A stretch of DNA of 64,000 nucleotides from Octopus vulgaris (lineage: Eukaryota): contig OX597829.1 of assembly GCA_951406725.2 (NCBI GenBank), positions 37,634,001 through 37,698,000 of the forward strand, in the 5' to 3' direction. A program made the translations under genes and the position numbers. The notes beneath the pieces are model-generated. The model had not been told where the DNA came from. It saw nothing but the letters and a program-made list of their open reading frames with translations, and ran no database searches. This document shows positions 12,296-26,763 of this stretch, piece by piece (position 1 is the first letter of the stretch; every line of letters begins with the position of its first letter).

Positions 12296-12693
12296 CTTTA
12301 CTCTTTTACTTGATTCAGTCATTTGACTGCGGCCATGCTGGAGCACTGCCTTTAGTCGAGCAAATCGACCCCAGGACTTATTCTGTGTAAGCCTAGTACT
12401 TATTCTATTGGTCTCTTTTGCTGAACCGCTAAGTGACAGGGACGTAAGCACACCAGCATCGGTTGTCAAGTGATGTTGGTGGCACAAACACAGACACACA
12501 AACATACAGACACACACAAACACATATATACCACGGGTTTCTTTCAGTTTCCGTCTACCAAATCCACTCATAAGGCTTTGGTCGGCCCGAGGCTATAGTA
12601 GAAGACACTTGCCCAAGGTGCCACGCAGTGGGACTGAACCCGGAATCATGTGGTTGATAAGTAAGCTACTTACCACACAGCCACTCCTACGCC
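12296..12693 (-). mobile_element. tRNA-derived SINE family A, full length
   Basis: Head ggcgtaggagtggctgtgtggtaag...gggttcagtccc, ccttgggcaagt, internal TA/TG microsatellite, gtaaaaga tail; many partial copies across the window. Confidence 0.85.
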
Positions 12694-14234
12694 TACATAA
12701 AAAAAAATTACACAAGTACTAGATGCTAAGTTGTTTGATATTTCCATCTGTTGACTAGCCATTTAGACTTGGCACAAATTGATGGTACAACAACAAATAC
12801 AAGTTTCCAAAAAAAAAAAAAAAAAAAGATGAACACTTGTTCTGTGCAAAGGAAGTATACAAGAGTTATTACTGAGTTTAAAAGTCAGATACCTAAGTAA
12901 TGAAATGGTACAATACTAAAACTGTCATTAACCATATTTATGCTAATTACAGAAAGCAAATTGAATATCAATACACCAAGGCTTTGTGTGTAATGCGTTT
13001 TAATGTATATTAATCAATACACATTTATTTTCAGTAATTTGGTTCTAAGAAAAACTTTTTTAGAAAAATAAAAATTAAAAAATTTTTTATTTGCTAATTC
13101 TGAATCTTTGATATTCAAAACAATGAAAGCAAAAATTAGAAAAATATTAAAAAAAAAGAGTATAATAAAAGACAAGTTATAGACATGAAGGAGGGGCAGA
13201 AAATGTGTGTGTGTTTTATACATGTGTATACTGATTCAAAACACTGCTATAACAAAAAAAAAAAAAAAAGATGCAGACTATACAATTAATATCAATGAAA
13301 CAATTAACCAAAACACATACACACAGAAAATAGAAAACTTAATTAATGGTTTTCAAATTTTGGCACAAAGCCAGTAAGTTCAGAGGCGGGTGTAAGTTGA
13401 TTATATTGACCTTAGTGCATGACTGGTACTTACTATGTCAACTCTGAAAGGATGAAAGGTAGGGTGGACTTTGACAGAATTTGAACTCAGAATGCTGCTA
13501 AGCATTTTGATCAGCATGCTAATGATTCTGCCAGTTTGCTACCATTAATATATAAATATATATACATACATATATATACACAAACATACACAATAAAACA
13601 CTTACTGAAGAGAGGGAAAAAGAGAACAAAGAACTAGAAATAAATATTTCTAGTTTAGATAGGAGGTCTGGAGTTTTGGGGAGTGATTTAGTCACTTATA
13701 TAGACTTCAGCATTTGACTATTGATTTATTTAATCAAACCCTGAGGGATGAAAAGCAAAGTTTACCTTGGCAGGATTTAAACTCAGAGCATAAAAAAAAA
13801 ACTGAACAAATCCTGCAAGGCATTTTCTTCAACACTAATGATTTTACCAATACACTATCATCATCATCATTGTCTAACGTCTGCCTTCCATACTGGCATG
13901 GTTTGACAGGTTTGAAAGGCGGCGAGCTGGCAGAAATGTTAGCACATAAATCCTAAATTTTATTTTAGAACTCATGGGAGCAATTACCTTTGAAGACTCA
14001 TATTGTCATTGAATGCTCGAAATGAGGAGTAGATAGACAGCCGACAACTGATGAAGGGTCCTTTCTCTGTATTAACTTGTCCTGTTTTCCATTTTTTTTC
14101 TTGTTTATGTATTCTGGTCATTTTTCCCTTGTCTGTTTATGTGTTTCATGTTATTTGCACCATTGGTGATGCCCTGTACGCATATTATTTATTATATATA
14201 TATATATATATACACACACGCGTGCGCACACACA

Positions 14235-15115
14235 CAGAGGATGTGACAGGTAAATTGTTGCCATTTTATATTTTTAATTTAGTACATAGTTCGTTTTTCA
14301 TTTTTTTGATTACACAGTATAGTGAGGTCAGTTAGTCACCGTCTGTGAGAAAAAGAGCACTATAACGCAATTCACTCTGCCAGGAATTTGGAAACAACAT
14401 GCTGTACTACTTGGCAAATGTGCTGGAAGATCCAATACGAACATTTCAGAGTATTTGTGTGTCAATCTGAGGACAGTGCATTATGAAGACATGTACTGAG
14501 AGTGATAAAAATCAAACATCCAGCCAACATCATGGGGTTTGGAGTGATCACTAGTGATGGTGATGTTTTGCCTCCATTCATCTTCCCACACAGCTTCAGA
14601 CTCAACACAGAGGCCTACATCAAGTACCTGGAAGAGGTAGCTCTGCCCTGGGTGAAGAGGGTGACTGCTGGAAGACCCTACGTCTGGCAACAGGACTCTG
14701 CACCATGCCATACAACCAAGAGAACCCAGTCATAGCTGACAGACAATTTCTGCAACCGCATCACCCATTACATCTGGCCACGTAACTCCCCAGACTGCAA
14801 CCTCTTGATTATAATGTGTAGGGCACAGCTGAGTAAGAGACCAACAAAATTCCTAACACCAAAGATGAACTGAAGGCAAAGATTATGGCAGCATTCACTA
14901 AATTAAACAAGGAGACCATCCAGAAGAGTTGCAGGAGATTCTGAAGTTGTCTGGAGGCCATGGTTGAAGCCAATGGCGATTTTATTGAATAAATTTACTC
15001 TTTAGTATTTCAAGATATTTTAATGTAATTTTGGTAAATATATCTGTTAAAATGAGATGTCAGTGATTTTTTCATTTTTGCATAATTTAGATGACAGTTT
15101 ATTCACTGCATCTTG
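14235..15115 (+). mobile_element. Decayed Tc1/mariner-superfamily element of DD37D (maT)-like type
   Basis: KHPANIMGFGVITSDG...YVWQQDSAPCH...WPRNSPDCN followed by a frameshift; stops and an internal deletion. Confidence 0.75.
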
Positions 15116-15381
15116 AATCTTTGGCGATTTGCTGTACTTGAGAAGACACATCAAGCCAAGTGAAATAGTAGCTTTGGCCAGTGCTGGTGACATGTAAAAA
15201 GCACCCACTACACTCTTGGAGTGGCTGGTGTTAGGAAGCGCATCCAGTTCTTCATCTTACCAGCTCCAGTCAAACTGTCTAACCCATGCCAGCATGGAAA
15301 ATGGGTGCTAAATGATGATGATGATGATTACAACAAAGTATTTAAAAGAAATTATAAAAAGAGATAGAAAAAGAAACTTAC

Positions 15382-16250
15382 GCTGTGTTTGATCCTGGAC
15401 TGCTTTCATTAAGAGAAGTGTTGCTGCTCTCCTTGGGTAATTTAGTAGGAATTTGTTGACAATCATATACCGCATTTTCCAATAAATCTTCCACAAAATC
15501 AATGGCTTTTTTATTATTGGGATTAAGAACTTGCAGCAAGTTTTTATCATCTTCTTTCAGCTCCTGGGACAACTCCTTTGCTTTTATCTCAAATTCTAGC
15601 TCTTCTTGCGAAGGTTGTCTTGAGTGACTACTGATCTTATATTCCTTCTTAGTTTCTGAGTCTGATGTTGAAGATTTGCCACCAATGTTAGTATCATTAT
15701 TATTGTTAACATTAGCACTATTAGTATTATTATTTATATTAATGTTATTGCTAACTGCTACTTTGTGTGGCGAGCTCTCATTTTGTATTTGTTCAGATTT
15801 CTGAATTTGTTGACTGTTTGCATCTGAAGAATCTCTTCTCAAAGAGCTAGTTACTACAACTCTAGAACTATCCTGATTATTGGAAACTTCGCTCTGTGGC
15901 AAAGATACAGCAGCTTGTTCTTTAAGAAAATTGTTATTTTGTGAATCTTGCATGTGAATTGCATTATAAACTGGTTGGCATTTTGAGACAGTTTCAGCAG
16001 TATTAGAAACGATTTTAACTGAATTAGCAGACTTTTCGGGAGCTTGATGTTCAGACTGGTTGTGAGAGAAATGAGAATCAAGATGAACTGGAGTAGCAAA
16101 AGACATTGATGGTTTTTCTTGAAGGACAGGTCTTGAATTCTGTTTTGTATCCTTCTGTTTCAAATAGCTTAATCGACTTTCTGGATTGATATTTGAAGAT
16201 AGGGTTACCTTGTTGGGCTGTGATTCAACAGAAGTTGGAAAATCAGTAAC
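15382..16250 (-). CDS. shroom: Internal coding exon (869 nt, phase 0 to 2) of a Shroom-like gene
   Basis: Acceptor tttctttcgtctccctag|GTTACT; donor GC|gtaagt; 289 open codons. EELEFEIKAKELSQELKEDDKNLLQVLNPNNKKAIDFVEDLL resembles, from memory, the Shroom pre-ASD2 segment ([30 protein letters not shown]). Confidence 0.8.
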
Positions 16251-19200
16251 CTAGGGAGACGAAAGAAAAAACGAAAATTTAAAATAATTTTGGCAAATGC
16301 TTTGAGAATAAAGGGACTTAAAAAATAATCAATACAATTAAAAAGAGCATATATATAAATATATATTAACGATAAATTTATTTTTCAATATATGTGTCAA
16401 TATGTTTGCACATATATGGTTATCTTCTGAATATATTTAGTTTTTAGTATCTTTGTGTGTGTGTGTGTGTGCGCGTGTGTGCATGTGTGTGTAAGTATAT
16501 TCATATATATCAAACCTAATTGTATTTGTCTGCATTACTATCTCCATATCAACTCATCTGGATTTCTTATAGCACTCTTTACTTTGTGGACCTAGACTCA
16601 CGCTGTTTGTGTGAAATTATCACCACGGAAAAACAGTTGCAGTATATATCTGAAAGAACATCTATATCAAGGGAAATCTGCACAAGTGACTCAACTAATC
16701 TTTGCTCCGAGACTCAAATCTTGTTATAGAACTTATTGTCGTGTACCACATGAACTGGTAACTAACTCTATAATAACTCAATATGCTGAGACTTCTCTTA
16801 TGCTCTGTATTTCTGTTGTATTCGCATGCACTTTTATCTGTACCTTCTGTCGCACACACGAACACACAGACACAAATACTATACGCATGCATTCATACCA
16901 CAACACTACGCTAGTAATCACAACTCACTTTGTACACTGTGAATAAAATCTATCTTCTCTCTATAAAAGTAGAACGGCTTGGCGTCCTTCATTCATTTCC
17001 TTTGGCACTGTATAATATATATTCATGTAACATGGCTTATCATATATTGTTAGGATGCAGCCGTGCGGCATACAAGGAGACCTATGTCACCAACCTCTTT
17101 ACATACGGTCGTACATATAAATTCCTACACATCTCTAGATCTCATCTATTGACTGTGTGGTGTGTGTGTGTAATATATGTATGTGTGTGTGTGTGTATAT
17201 ATATATATATCAATTAATACAATGCTCACTCTTACGCAGGGTGAGGGAGAAGCTTGCTTCCCAATCATGTGGCCTTGGATTCAGTCTCACCTTGTTGCAC
17301 CTTTATAACCAAAAGCTTATAAGGGGAACTGGTAGACAGAAACTGAAAGCAGCACATCTGGTCGTAGAAAATTTGCTGCAACAAATTCCGTCTGATTCAT
17401 GCGAGCATGGAAAATTGAATGTTAAATGGTGATGATAATGATTATATCATTTCCATGTTTGTGGAAATATGGCCTGTCATTCCTCACTGACTTATCGCAA
17501 CCATTCATCATCAACATGAAAGCTATACACACACACACACACCACAGGCCAACCTACACTTATTGCATGAATGAAGACCTTGACAGCATTTTCGGTGATG
17601 GTCATGCTAGTCTTGTCTTTCAACAGCACATAAATACAAGAGAGAGGGATGTGTGTGTGTGTGTGTGGTGGTAAGGAACAGGCAGAGATGTTAACGCATC
17701 TGACAGAACATCTTGTAGTATTTGCTTTGGATCTCTGTGTTCCAAGTTCAAATCCTGCCACCTGTCACTGGGGGTGAGGAAAAGTATCAAAAACATGTCC
17801 TTTGAGATCTGACAAAAAATACTGACATGCTTGTGAAATCTTTAACTAAGTAACTCAGGATGTAATCAAGGAAAGTTTCAAGTCCTATACAACCAACAAA
17901 CAAATATTAAACACAAACACACACACAAATTATTTAAATTCTAAGACGGCAAGCAGACAAGCAGATATCAAATTTCATATGGTACTAAGGCAGAACAGCT
18001 CAATATCATGACTAGGGTTTTTTTTTTTCCATTTTAAAGAAATAAAGAATTTATTTTATTCTACACGAACTCATATAAAGAACCTTGCAAACCAAATCCA
18101 AAAAACGAAATTTATCTTATTTTATGCTAGTATTTAGAACTAGAACATTTTAAGATGAGAACTTCGAATTATCTGATTAGTTCTCCACTGACTTGGAGGA
18201 TCTGAACAGCTGTAATACTGTAACTTGATATTTTCATCTCATTAAATCATTCCCTAAATACATCATTGACATCCAATTTCCTATGCTTGCATGGGTCAGA
18301 CAGAAATTTTCGAACCAGAGTTTCTATGGTCAGATACTTTTCTTGTCACCAGTCTTCACCTCTTTCCAAGCAACGTGATATCTCCAATGGCCAGACAGAC
18401 TTTTTCATGTAAGACTGTAAACAAACAACCTTGCTTGTAAAACAATGATGCTCATTTACAACCATCACTTGAGGTCCAGACAAGTGTATACACAAACATG
18501 ATGGGATTCGTTCAATTTGTGTCTATCAAATCCAGTCACAAGGCTTTGGTCAACCTGGAACTACAGTAGAAGATACTTGCCCAAGGTGCCATGCAGTAGG
18601 ATTGGATCTAAGACCACAAGGTTGAGAAGTATGCTTAACCATCTACCAATGTTCTGAGAGAATCAATGAATATTGATTTTCAGCACTATCATCTAAATTT
18701 CAAATTATCCATGCTGCATGAACCCCCCCCCCAAAAAAAAAAAGGGAGCTGAATTATGATGTATTCACTTAACCTGCTAGAAATATCAACCAAATCCCCT
18801 TTATACAAAACATCATCATCATTGTCATCATTTCAACATTCACTTTAATATGCTTGCATGGGTCACATGGAAATCATCGAGGCATATTTTCTATGGCTAG
18901 TTGTTCTTCCTGTCCCCAACCCTCACTTGTTTCCAAGCACACTAATAAGCTACAAGTCAATCAAACCACAAATAGCCTGGAAACAAACAACACTGCTTGA
19001 GGGATTCTTTGGTTTATAAAGATCAGACAGTCTGTCAAGACATGTTAAAAAAAGCCCAGATATGCTTTTATGACTGACTGCAAGCAAAGGACACTGCCTA
19101 AATGGTTGTTTACAGTCAGTGAATACACATGAAGATAAGGGAAATATGACACCCTCATAGAAACACATGAACATCATCAATTGCACACACAATGTAAATG

Positions 19201-19374
19201 CTTTGTTCATATGCTGAACTGTCTGTGAGATAGCATCTGGGATAGATCCCTATACACACCAAGGGTTAAAGGATACCTGAATGTCACAGAATAGGCTAGA
19301 CAACTTGCCATGGAATCATTGAGAATGATAGATACTGATATTTCGCTATTATTGAGGTTTATCAATATTTTATA

Positions 19375-19940
19375 CGAAGGTGAGTCAAAAAGTAATGCCA
19401 TTTTGTTTAGGACAGGTATAATTACCAACACAGGAACATGTATCATACATCAAAATGAAGCTGGTCCTCTGTGGATCACATCCCTATTTCTCAACATAGT
19501 TACACTTTCTCTCAATAGCAATGTTCCACTTTCGAATGAGAGCATGTATCCCAGCCCCGTAAAATTCTGTTGACTGTTCTTTGAGCCACTTCTTCACTAC
19601 AGTTTTCATTTCCTCGTCACTGGAATAGTGTTTGCCTCTCAAACCCTCTTTCATGGGGCCAAAGAGATGATAGTTCCATGACGATGATAGTCCAGTGACG
19701 AGGAAGTGAAAACTGTAATGAAGAAGTGACTCAAAGAACAGTCAACAGAATTTAACGGGACAGGGATACATGCTCTCATTCGAAGGTGCAACACTGCTAT
19801 TGAGAGAAACAGTGACTACGTTGAGAAGTAGGGATGTGATCCACAAAGGACCAGCTTCATTTTGATGTATGATACATGTTCCTTTGTTGGTAATTATAGC
19901 TGTCCTAAACAAAATGGCATTACTTTTTGACTCACCCTTG
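19375..19940. mobile_element. Fold-back mariner derivative made of two 3' ends
   Basis: TA-cgaaggtgagtcaaaaagtaatgcc...ggcattactttttgactcacccttg-TA; ~250-bp inverted arms, each encoding SSDEEVKT..KK.LKEQSTEF...DYVEK*. Confidence 0.85.
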
Positions 19941-21039
19941 TACTTGGATCATCTTGAAACAAACTGAAGGTAGCACGTGTGAAAGTGCAGGGTAGCATGC
20001 TTGCATGGGTCAGAAGGAATTCATAGAGGCTGATTTTCTACAACCAAATGCCTTTCCTGTCACCAACCTTCACCTGTTTCCAAGCAAGGTAGTTTTCCCC
20101 CATGACTGGGATATATCCATGGAAGACTGGCAACTAACATCACTACTTGTATGATGGGGATGCTCATTTACAACTAATGCATGAAGTTAAAACAAAGGAA
20201 TACAAACACACATATATATACAACATACATCTACAATGGGATTTTTTCAATTTCTATGCATCAAATCCACTCACAAGGCTTTGGTCAGCTCAGACCAATA
20301 GTAGAAGACACTTGACTAAGGTGTAACACAGTGGAACAGAACCAATCCCATGTAAGAGTAACACTCAAGTACATATATAAATATGCACATTCCAGGTACA
20401 TTTTCACAGTAATGGTAATATTAAGCAAACAGCATGGGATTTTGTCAGTGAACGTGGTCATGGTCTCAAAGTGATGAAAATATTTTGGCAAATTAAATTT
20501 AAATGTTGAAGTGAATCTAACAGTGTTTGTGTGTTTTTAAGTGGCTTATAAACACCTTCCACATTGCAATTATTTTTGTTTCAGCACATGATCTCAGATC
20601 AAGACACTTGCTATGCAAGTACATCTTGGTAATATTAAAGATCCACTGGAATTGAAGGGATAACCAAACAAATAACTTTCCAAAATAATTTGGAATAAAT
20701 TTATGGATAAAATCAGCTACTTTTTTTTTTTAGATGCATAATAAAAGCAAAAGAAAACGAAAAGATAATCTAAGTAGGAATTTTCTGACAACCAAATGAA
20801 ATACAAAACAGTTTCTTTTTTCACAAGTTCAAGATATTTTGGAAAAGAAGACTGTAGATGATGCTTTTCCAACACATCTTGAGGATATAAGGAAGAAGTG
20901 TAAATATGAAAACATAATTTATCAGAGATAGCTTTCAAAAAATATAAATTATGCAGCAAGAGTACTTTCAAAACATTTTCATCGGGTCTGTATGAACCTA
21001 CATTCTTATATATACATACATCTATCTTTCTAATCTATA

Positions 21040-21045
<6 letters not shown>

Positions 21046-21107
<62 letters not shown>

Positions 21108-21118
21108 TGAGAGAGAGA
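21046..21118. repeat. Compound (TA)n(GA)n microsatellite, representative of dozens of TA, CA, GA and CAT microsatellites in the window
   Basis: Directly visible. Confidence 0.95.
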
Positions 21119-21699
21119 TAATAAAAGTTTGTTGAAACATTATTATAAATAAATCTGTCAAGTGCTCACAATCAGTAGCAGAAAAACCAGCCACACCTAA
21201 AACATTTATGTTTATCACTTATCTCAGAAAAATTATCAACAGTATACATACATATATATACATATATATATGTTGTAAATTATTTTAACTATATAAAATC
21301 CGGCTCGTGCCACTTTATCTTAACGATAGTCATTCAATTAAAATTTCAGTTAGCATCAAATTGGTTTTAGTTGATTTTAATATAATAAATACAACTACTG
21401 AACAGTAACATATGCTTAGCATGAAAATTATTTTAAAAATTTATGAGTTCTCATAGAATATAAAATTTTCTTTTAAAGCTCTGAAATACTGATTACATTA
21501 ATCTGCAGGTGTATTGAAGATTTATCATTCCAAACCCTTCTAATCCCGTTGCCATACTACATTACTCTACCCATTTTAACTTGCTGGTTCTTTATGCACC
21601 CCCTAACAAAATCCACCTATTACATCCAGCTTCCTTTTTATTATGTAAGAACCCTAATGAGAATATGTTTTGATGGTATTCATGCTGCATGATGGTATT

Positions 21700-21917
21700 A
21701 AGGCGGCAAGCTGGCAGAAACGTTAGCATGCCAGGCGAAATGCGTAGCCGTATTTCGTCTGCCGTTACGTTCTGAGTTCAAATTCCGCCGTGGTTGACTT
21801 TGCCTTTCATCCTTTCGGGGTCGATAAATTAAGTACCAGTTACGCACTGGGATCGATGTAATCGACTTGATCCGTTTGTCTGTCCTTGTTTAGCTCCTTG
21901 TGGGTAGTAAAGAAATA
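21700..21917 (+). mobile_element. SINE family B, full length with TSD
   Basis: Same consensus; TSD ggtattcatgctgcat at 21675-21690 and 21918-21933. Confidence 0.85.
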
Positions 21918-22157
21918 GGTATTCATGCTGCATAATTTTTTAAGGTTGTCTCTGATCAAAATTCTACATATTTACAGGTGTAGCTGTATGGTTAAGGAGT
22001 TTGCTTTGAAACCATGCAGTCTGGTGATTTCGGGTTCGCTTCCACTGCATAATAGGTAAGTGTCTTTGTACTAATAGCTCTGGGCTGACCAATGTCTCGC
22101 AAATGAATCTGGCACATGGAAACTGTACAACACCCATTTATATACACACACATTCAA

Positions 22158-22200
<43 letters not shown>

Positions 22201-23294
22201 CACACATAGGTCTGGCAGTGTGGTTAAGAAGTTTGCTTCCCAACCATGTGGTTTCAGGTTCAGTCCAACTATATATGGCACCTGTGGTACCTGGGGTAAT
22301 AAACTTTTATCATAGTTCTGGGCTGATCAAAGCTTTGAGAGTGGATTGGGAGATGGAAAATAAAAGAAGCTCGTTAAGCAAGCTGAAACTTTGAAGCCAC
22401 TGTCAACCTTTTCTTTGTAAAAGTTTACACATCATTCTTTCTATTCATCACTGCAGCTCTCTGTTGATGCCATTTTATTGTTTTACATGATACCTGAAAC
22501 CATTTCATTCGTTAGCCTTCATCATCCATTAATATTTTTCTCTCTACTCATATGTTACAGTGATCATTCTCCCAAAACTCCACTGAATCACCAAATTATC
22601 TCTTCTCATGTATTACATCTATCTCTCTCTTCTCTCACCCTTGCTCCTGCAGCCTACCAAACCGCATTACTATCCTGCAGCTGCTTTCCCTCCCCCACTC
22701 TCTTCTGCACCCTTCCACCTTCCCCAACTCATGCATCACTGGATCCCCGCCCTCTCGTCCATCACTCCATTACATCCACCCTTTCAACCCTATCCAATTT
22801 TTGTAGTTGTTGCCCACTCTCCTCCCATTTCCCCATACACTCCTGGCTTCTCTGTCTCCACTCACTCATCTTGTACCTTGAGGTGCTACCAGTACACCAC
22901 CTCATCACCCCTATTTATCTCTTTGTAGCTCTGACTGATCATTCCTGCCCTCTCTTTAAATGTCTCTAGCCATATACTCCTCTACAACAAGAACCTGTTC
23001 TGCCTTCCCCTTTCCCTCATTCTTTCACCCCCTCATCTCCTAACATAAAGCCTGCCTACTGCCTCAGGTCTTGTAGTGTTGTGACAACATGATAAAAAGC
23101 ACCCAGTACATGCTATAAAGTAGTTGGCATTAGGAAGGACATCCAGTTGAAGAAAGCATGTCAAAGCAGACACTGGTGTATGGTGCAGACCTTGGACTCA
23201 TTGGATTTTTGTCAAATGGTCCAACCAATGACAGCATAGAACATGAATATAAATGTTAAATGATGATGATGATGATGATGAAGATGAAGATGAA

Positions 23295-23328
<34 letters not shown>

Positions 23329-23643
23329 TTATGTGTGTGTGAGAGATTATGTTTGTGTCTCCTTGTTTTAGCATTACATGATTGTTGTACATGAATGAAA
23401 TTCATTTCCAATATTCTGCAGAAACATATATGGCCTTAGGGGAAATATGACCTTGCTTGGAAACAAGTAAGTGTTGATAACAAGAAGAACGTCCAGTCAT
23501 AGAAAATCTATCTCAGTTAACTCTGTCAAACCTATTGAAGCATGGGAAAATGAATTGTTAAATTGCTGTTAATGATGACGATATCCATGTAAATGTACAT
23601 ATATGTGTATGAGTGCATTTATATATATATCCTTTTAAACAGT

Positions 23644-23825
23644 CATCATCATCATTGTTCGACTGTGGTCGAGACAATGGAATTTACCATGCTACGCCAG
23701 ACTTCACGGTCCATCATGGCATTACGAAGGTCCTGTTGCTGGATGCCTGTATTCCTGGAGATTACATCAGGGTAGGAGAGTGTGCGCCCTCTGGTATTGC
23801 GAGTAGATGGCTTCCAGAGGAGAAT
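23644..23825 (-). mobile_element. 3' end of a second RTE-like LINE family
   Basis: LLWKPSTRNTRGRTLSYPDVISRNTGIQQQDLRNAMMDREVWR...VEQ* running directly into a (TGA)n tail. Confidence 0.75.
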
Positions 23826-24497
23826 ACTAAACAATACTAATTTCAAATTTTGGTCCAAGACCATAAAGTTTAGGAGTGTTCAACTGGTACCTATTTTATC
23901 GACCCTGAAAGGATGAAAGGCAAAGCAACCCCAGCAGAATTTGAACTCAGAATGTATAGAGGGATGAAATACCATTAAACATTTTGTCCAGCATGCTAAG
24001 AATTCTGCCAGCTTGCTACCCTAAATGTGTATAACAATATCAACAACAACAACAACATTTATCTGCTGTAGCAGAAATTTGAGGGAGGGGGATAATCAAT
24101 TGCACTGGTCCCAGTGCTCATTGATCCTGAAAGGATTGATGGCAATACTGATCCCAGAAGCATTTGAACTCAAAAAAAAAAGTAAGGAGAAATGCTGCAA
24201 AGTATTTTGTTCAGCACAGAGACAATTTTGTCAACTAGTCACCTTGTTGTTGCTGTTGATAATGATGATGATGATGATGATTCTTTCTACTAAAGGCACA
24301 AGAAGGAAATTTTGTGGGTAGAGAGTTTTAATCAATTATGTTGATAACCCAGTGCTCAACTGGTACTTATTTTATCAACTCTGAGAGGATGAAAGGGAAT
24401 GCTGACTTTGGCAAAATTTGGATCCTGAACATAAATCTGGAAGAAATGTAACAAAACATTTCGTCTGGCATGCTAACATTTCTCCAGCTTGCCACCT

Positions 24498-24531
<34 letters not shown>

Positions 24532-26436
24532 CCAGTAGGTACAAGGCCTGAAATGTTTTTATTTATTTTATTTTATTTTATTTGGGGGGGGGGTACTTAT
24601 TTTATTTTATTGACTCCAAAAAGATGAAACATATAGTTGACCTTGGTGGCATTTGAACTCAGAATGTAAAGCTGGAAGAAATCCCACAAAGCATTCTGTC
24701 TGGCACGCTAACAACTCTGCCAGCTCACCACCTTAATAAATAAAAGTAAGAAGAATAACAAAAACAGCAACAACAAACATTGTATACAGTGCTGAGGTGT
24801 GCTACAATTCATCAGCGAAAGAGTAACAAAAAAAAAAAAAAAACAGGACAGAAAGCAGTGTCAAGACAAGTAAAGAATGACAGTAATGGTCGTCAAAGTA
24901 CACAGAATAAAACACACACACAAAAAAAGAGAGAAATGTAAATGGTAAAAAAGTCATAAAGAGGAAATGTGTCATAGGTATATGAGAAGTAGAACTGGTG
25001 AATTTTAGAAACCATGGAATTTTTACAGGATGTAGGAGTTTCCTGCCATATCAAAGGTGACAATATTTTTAATCATTAAAGAGAACTCTATTACCTTATA
25101 TGACCTTCACTTTACTAAGACAGAAGTGTGTATTATTCGAGGGAGGGAAGATTTGACTGCTATTTCTATGAGTATTTAGAGAGGTGGAAATCGAAATGAG
25201 AAGTGGAATAAGTGATGAAGAAAGAATTTTGTAATAATGTTGAGAAATGTAAGAATTTCAACAGGAGAGTGGAGGTTGGTTGGGGAGTTAAATATATCTG
25301 AATGAAAGAAGATAAACCATAAAAACATAAATTTGATATATAAAGTGATATTAAATTTTTCAGTTTCTAAATGGCTGTTTACAATGTCTAATATGGGTTT
25401 ATATAGGGAAATATTAGCAGAGAATGATATTCCAAATTTGATATATTTTATTTTTTTTTAGTTCCAATTAGTAAGATCTTCAAATATATACTAAGTAAAT
25501 AACATTACTGAAAGATTATTAAGTGTATCATTTCTCAGAGAAATTGGAATCAAATTTCTAAATTTTATGTAGGATGTTTTTTCAGTATAGAATTCTATAT
25601 GGTAAAGAATATGGAAAATGGAAAAAATATAGAAATGTTGAAAAGCAAACACCACCCACACATTCTTATACAAAAACAAAATATTCTAGTATTTAAATTG
25701 AAATAAACCTAAAAAATATTACATGTTTAGTATATGTGTTTAGATTCTAGTTTTAATCTGGGTGAAATCTAGATGCTGTTTCTAAGAGAGAGAGAGAGAA
25801 TTTCTTTATTCACCATAAGGTTGAGAAAAAGAAGGGACAATACGAGGACAGACAAAACAAACATTGGGGGTCAGAGGACAAGAGAACGTTCTAAGGGTTG
25901 AAAAGATAGGATGGACACACACTCACACACGCATACATGCAATGACACATACATATTCACACATACACACACACACACACACACACGTGCAGATAGTTGT
26001 CTAGATCTAATATTCATGAAACTTGAAAAAAAAAAAAAAAGTACTGGGGGTTGATTGTTCAACTAAATCCTTCAAGGTGGTGCCCCCAGCATGGCCACAG
26101 TCTAATGTGTGAAACTGAGAGAGAATGATAAAAAGTAGTAAGGATAATACTACAGCAAAAAAAATACGAGTAAGCTACATGTCAGTGTCGGGTTTATGTC
26201 GTTTCTTCAATAAATATTTCACCCTACCTGTTGTTATGGTTGTTGCTACATCATCACTCTAACCACCGTTAGGCTTTCCTTCCGATAGTATCCACTCTTG
26301 ACAGTGATACAAACGAGACAACTTAAAACTATGTATGATGGAGTTTGGTCGAAATTAATTGTTCATACAGTTTCACACTTTTATCTCGTCTTAACATCTA
26401 ACCTTAATGGTTCAACAGTCATCATATTGGTGAATA

Positions 26437-26467
<31 letters not shown>

Positions 26468-26731
26468 CATACATACATATATATATTCTATGTGTACTTG
26501 TGTGTGTAAATGTATATAAATGTGAGTTTGTGTGAGTGTGCATATAAAAATGTGAGTGGTGCGTATAAAAATGTGAGTGGTGGTATATGTTCATGAGTGT
26601 GTATGCATATAAATGTGGCATGTTTGTAAATCTATTTATGTATGTGTATACATATACACATACATAATTGTACATATACTCAAACACACGCACATGTGTG
26701 GAGATGATACATATACATACATATCTTTTAT

Positions 26732-26763
<32 letters not shown>

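Noticed and set aside
11050-13140. Possible old hAT-like DNA transposon
   Set aside because: Only faint end similarity and no motif I can confirm by eye.
14040-14190. CTGATGA at 14048 next to a TA array as another hammerhead
   Set aside because: No GAAA box or closing stems follow; at most a degraded remnant.
16520-17155. Solo LTR-like segment with AATAAA at ~16942
   Set aside because: No TG...CA ends, TSD or second copy identifiable in the window.
22478-22969. 163-aa and 106-aa ORFs
   Set aside because: Low-complexity C/T-rich sequence with no recognisable domain.
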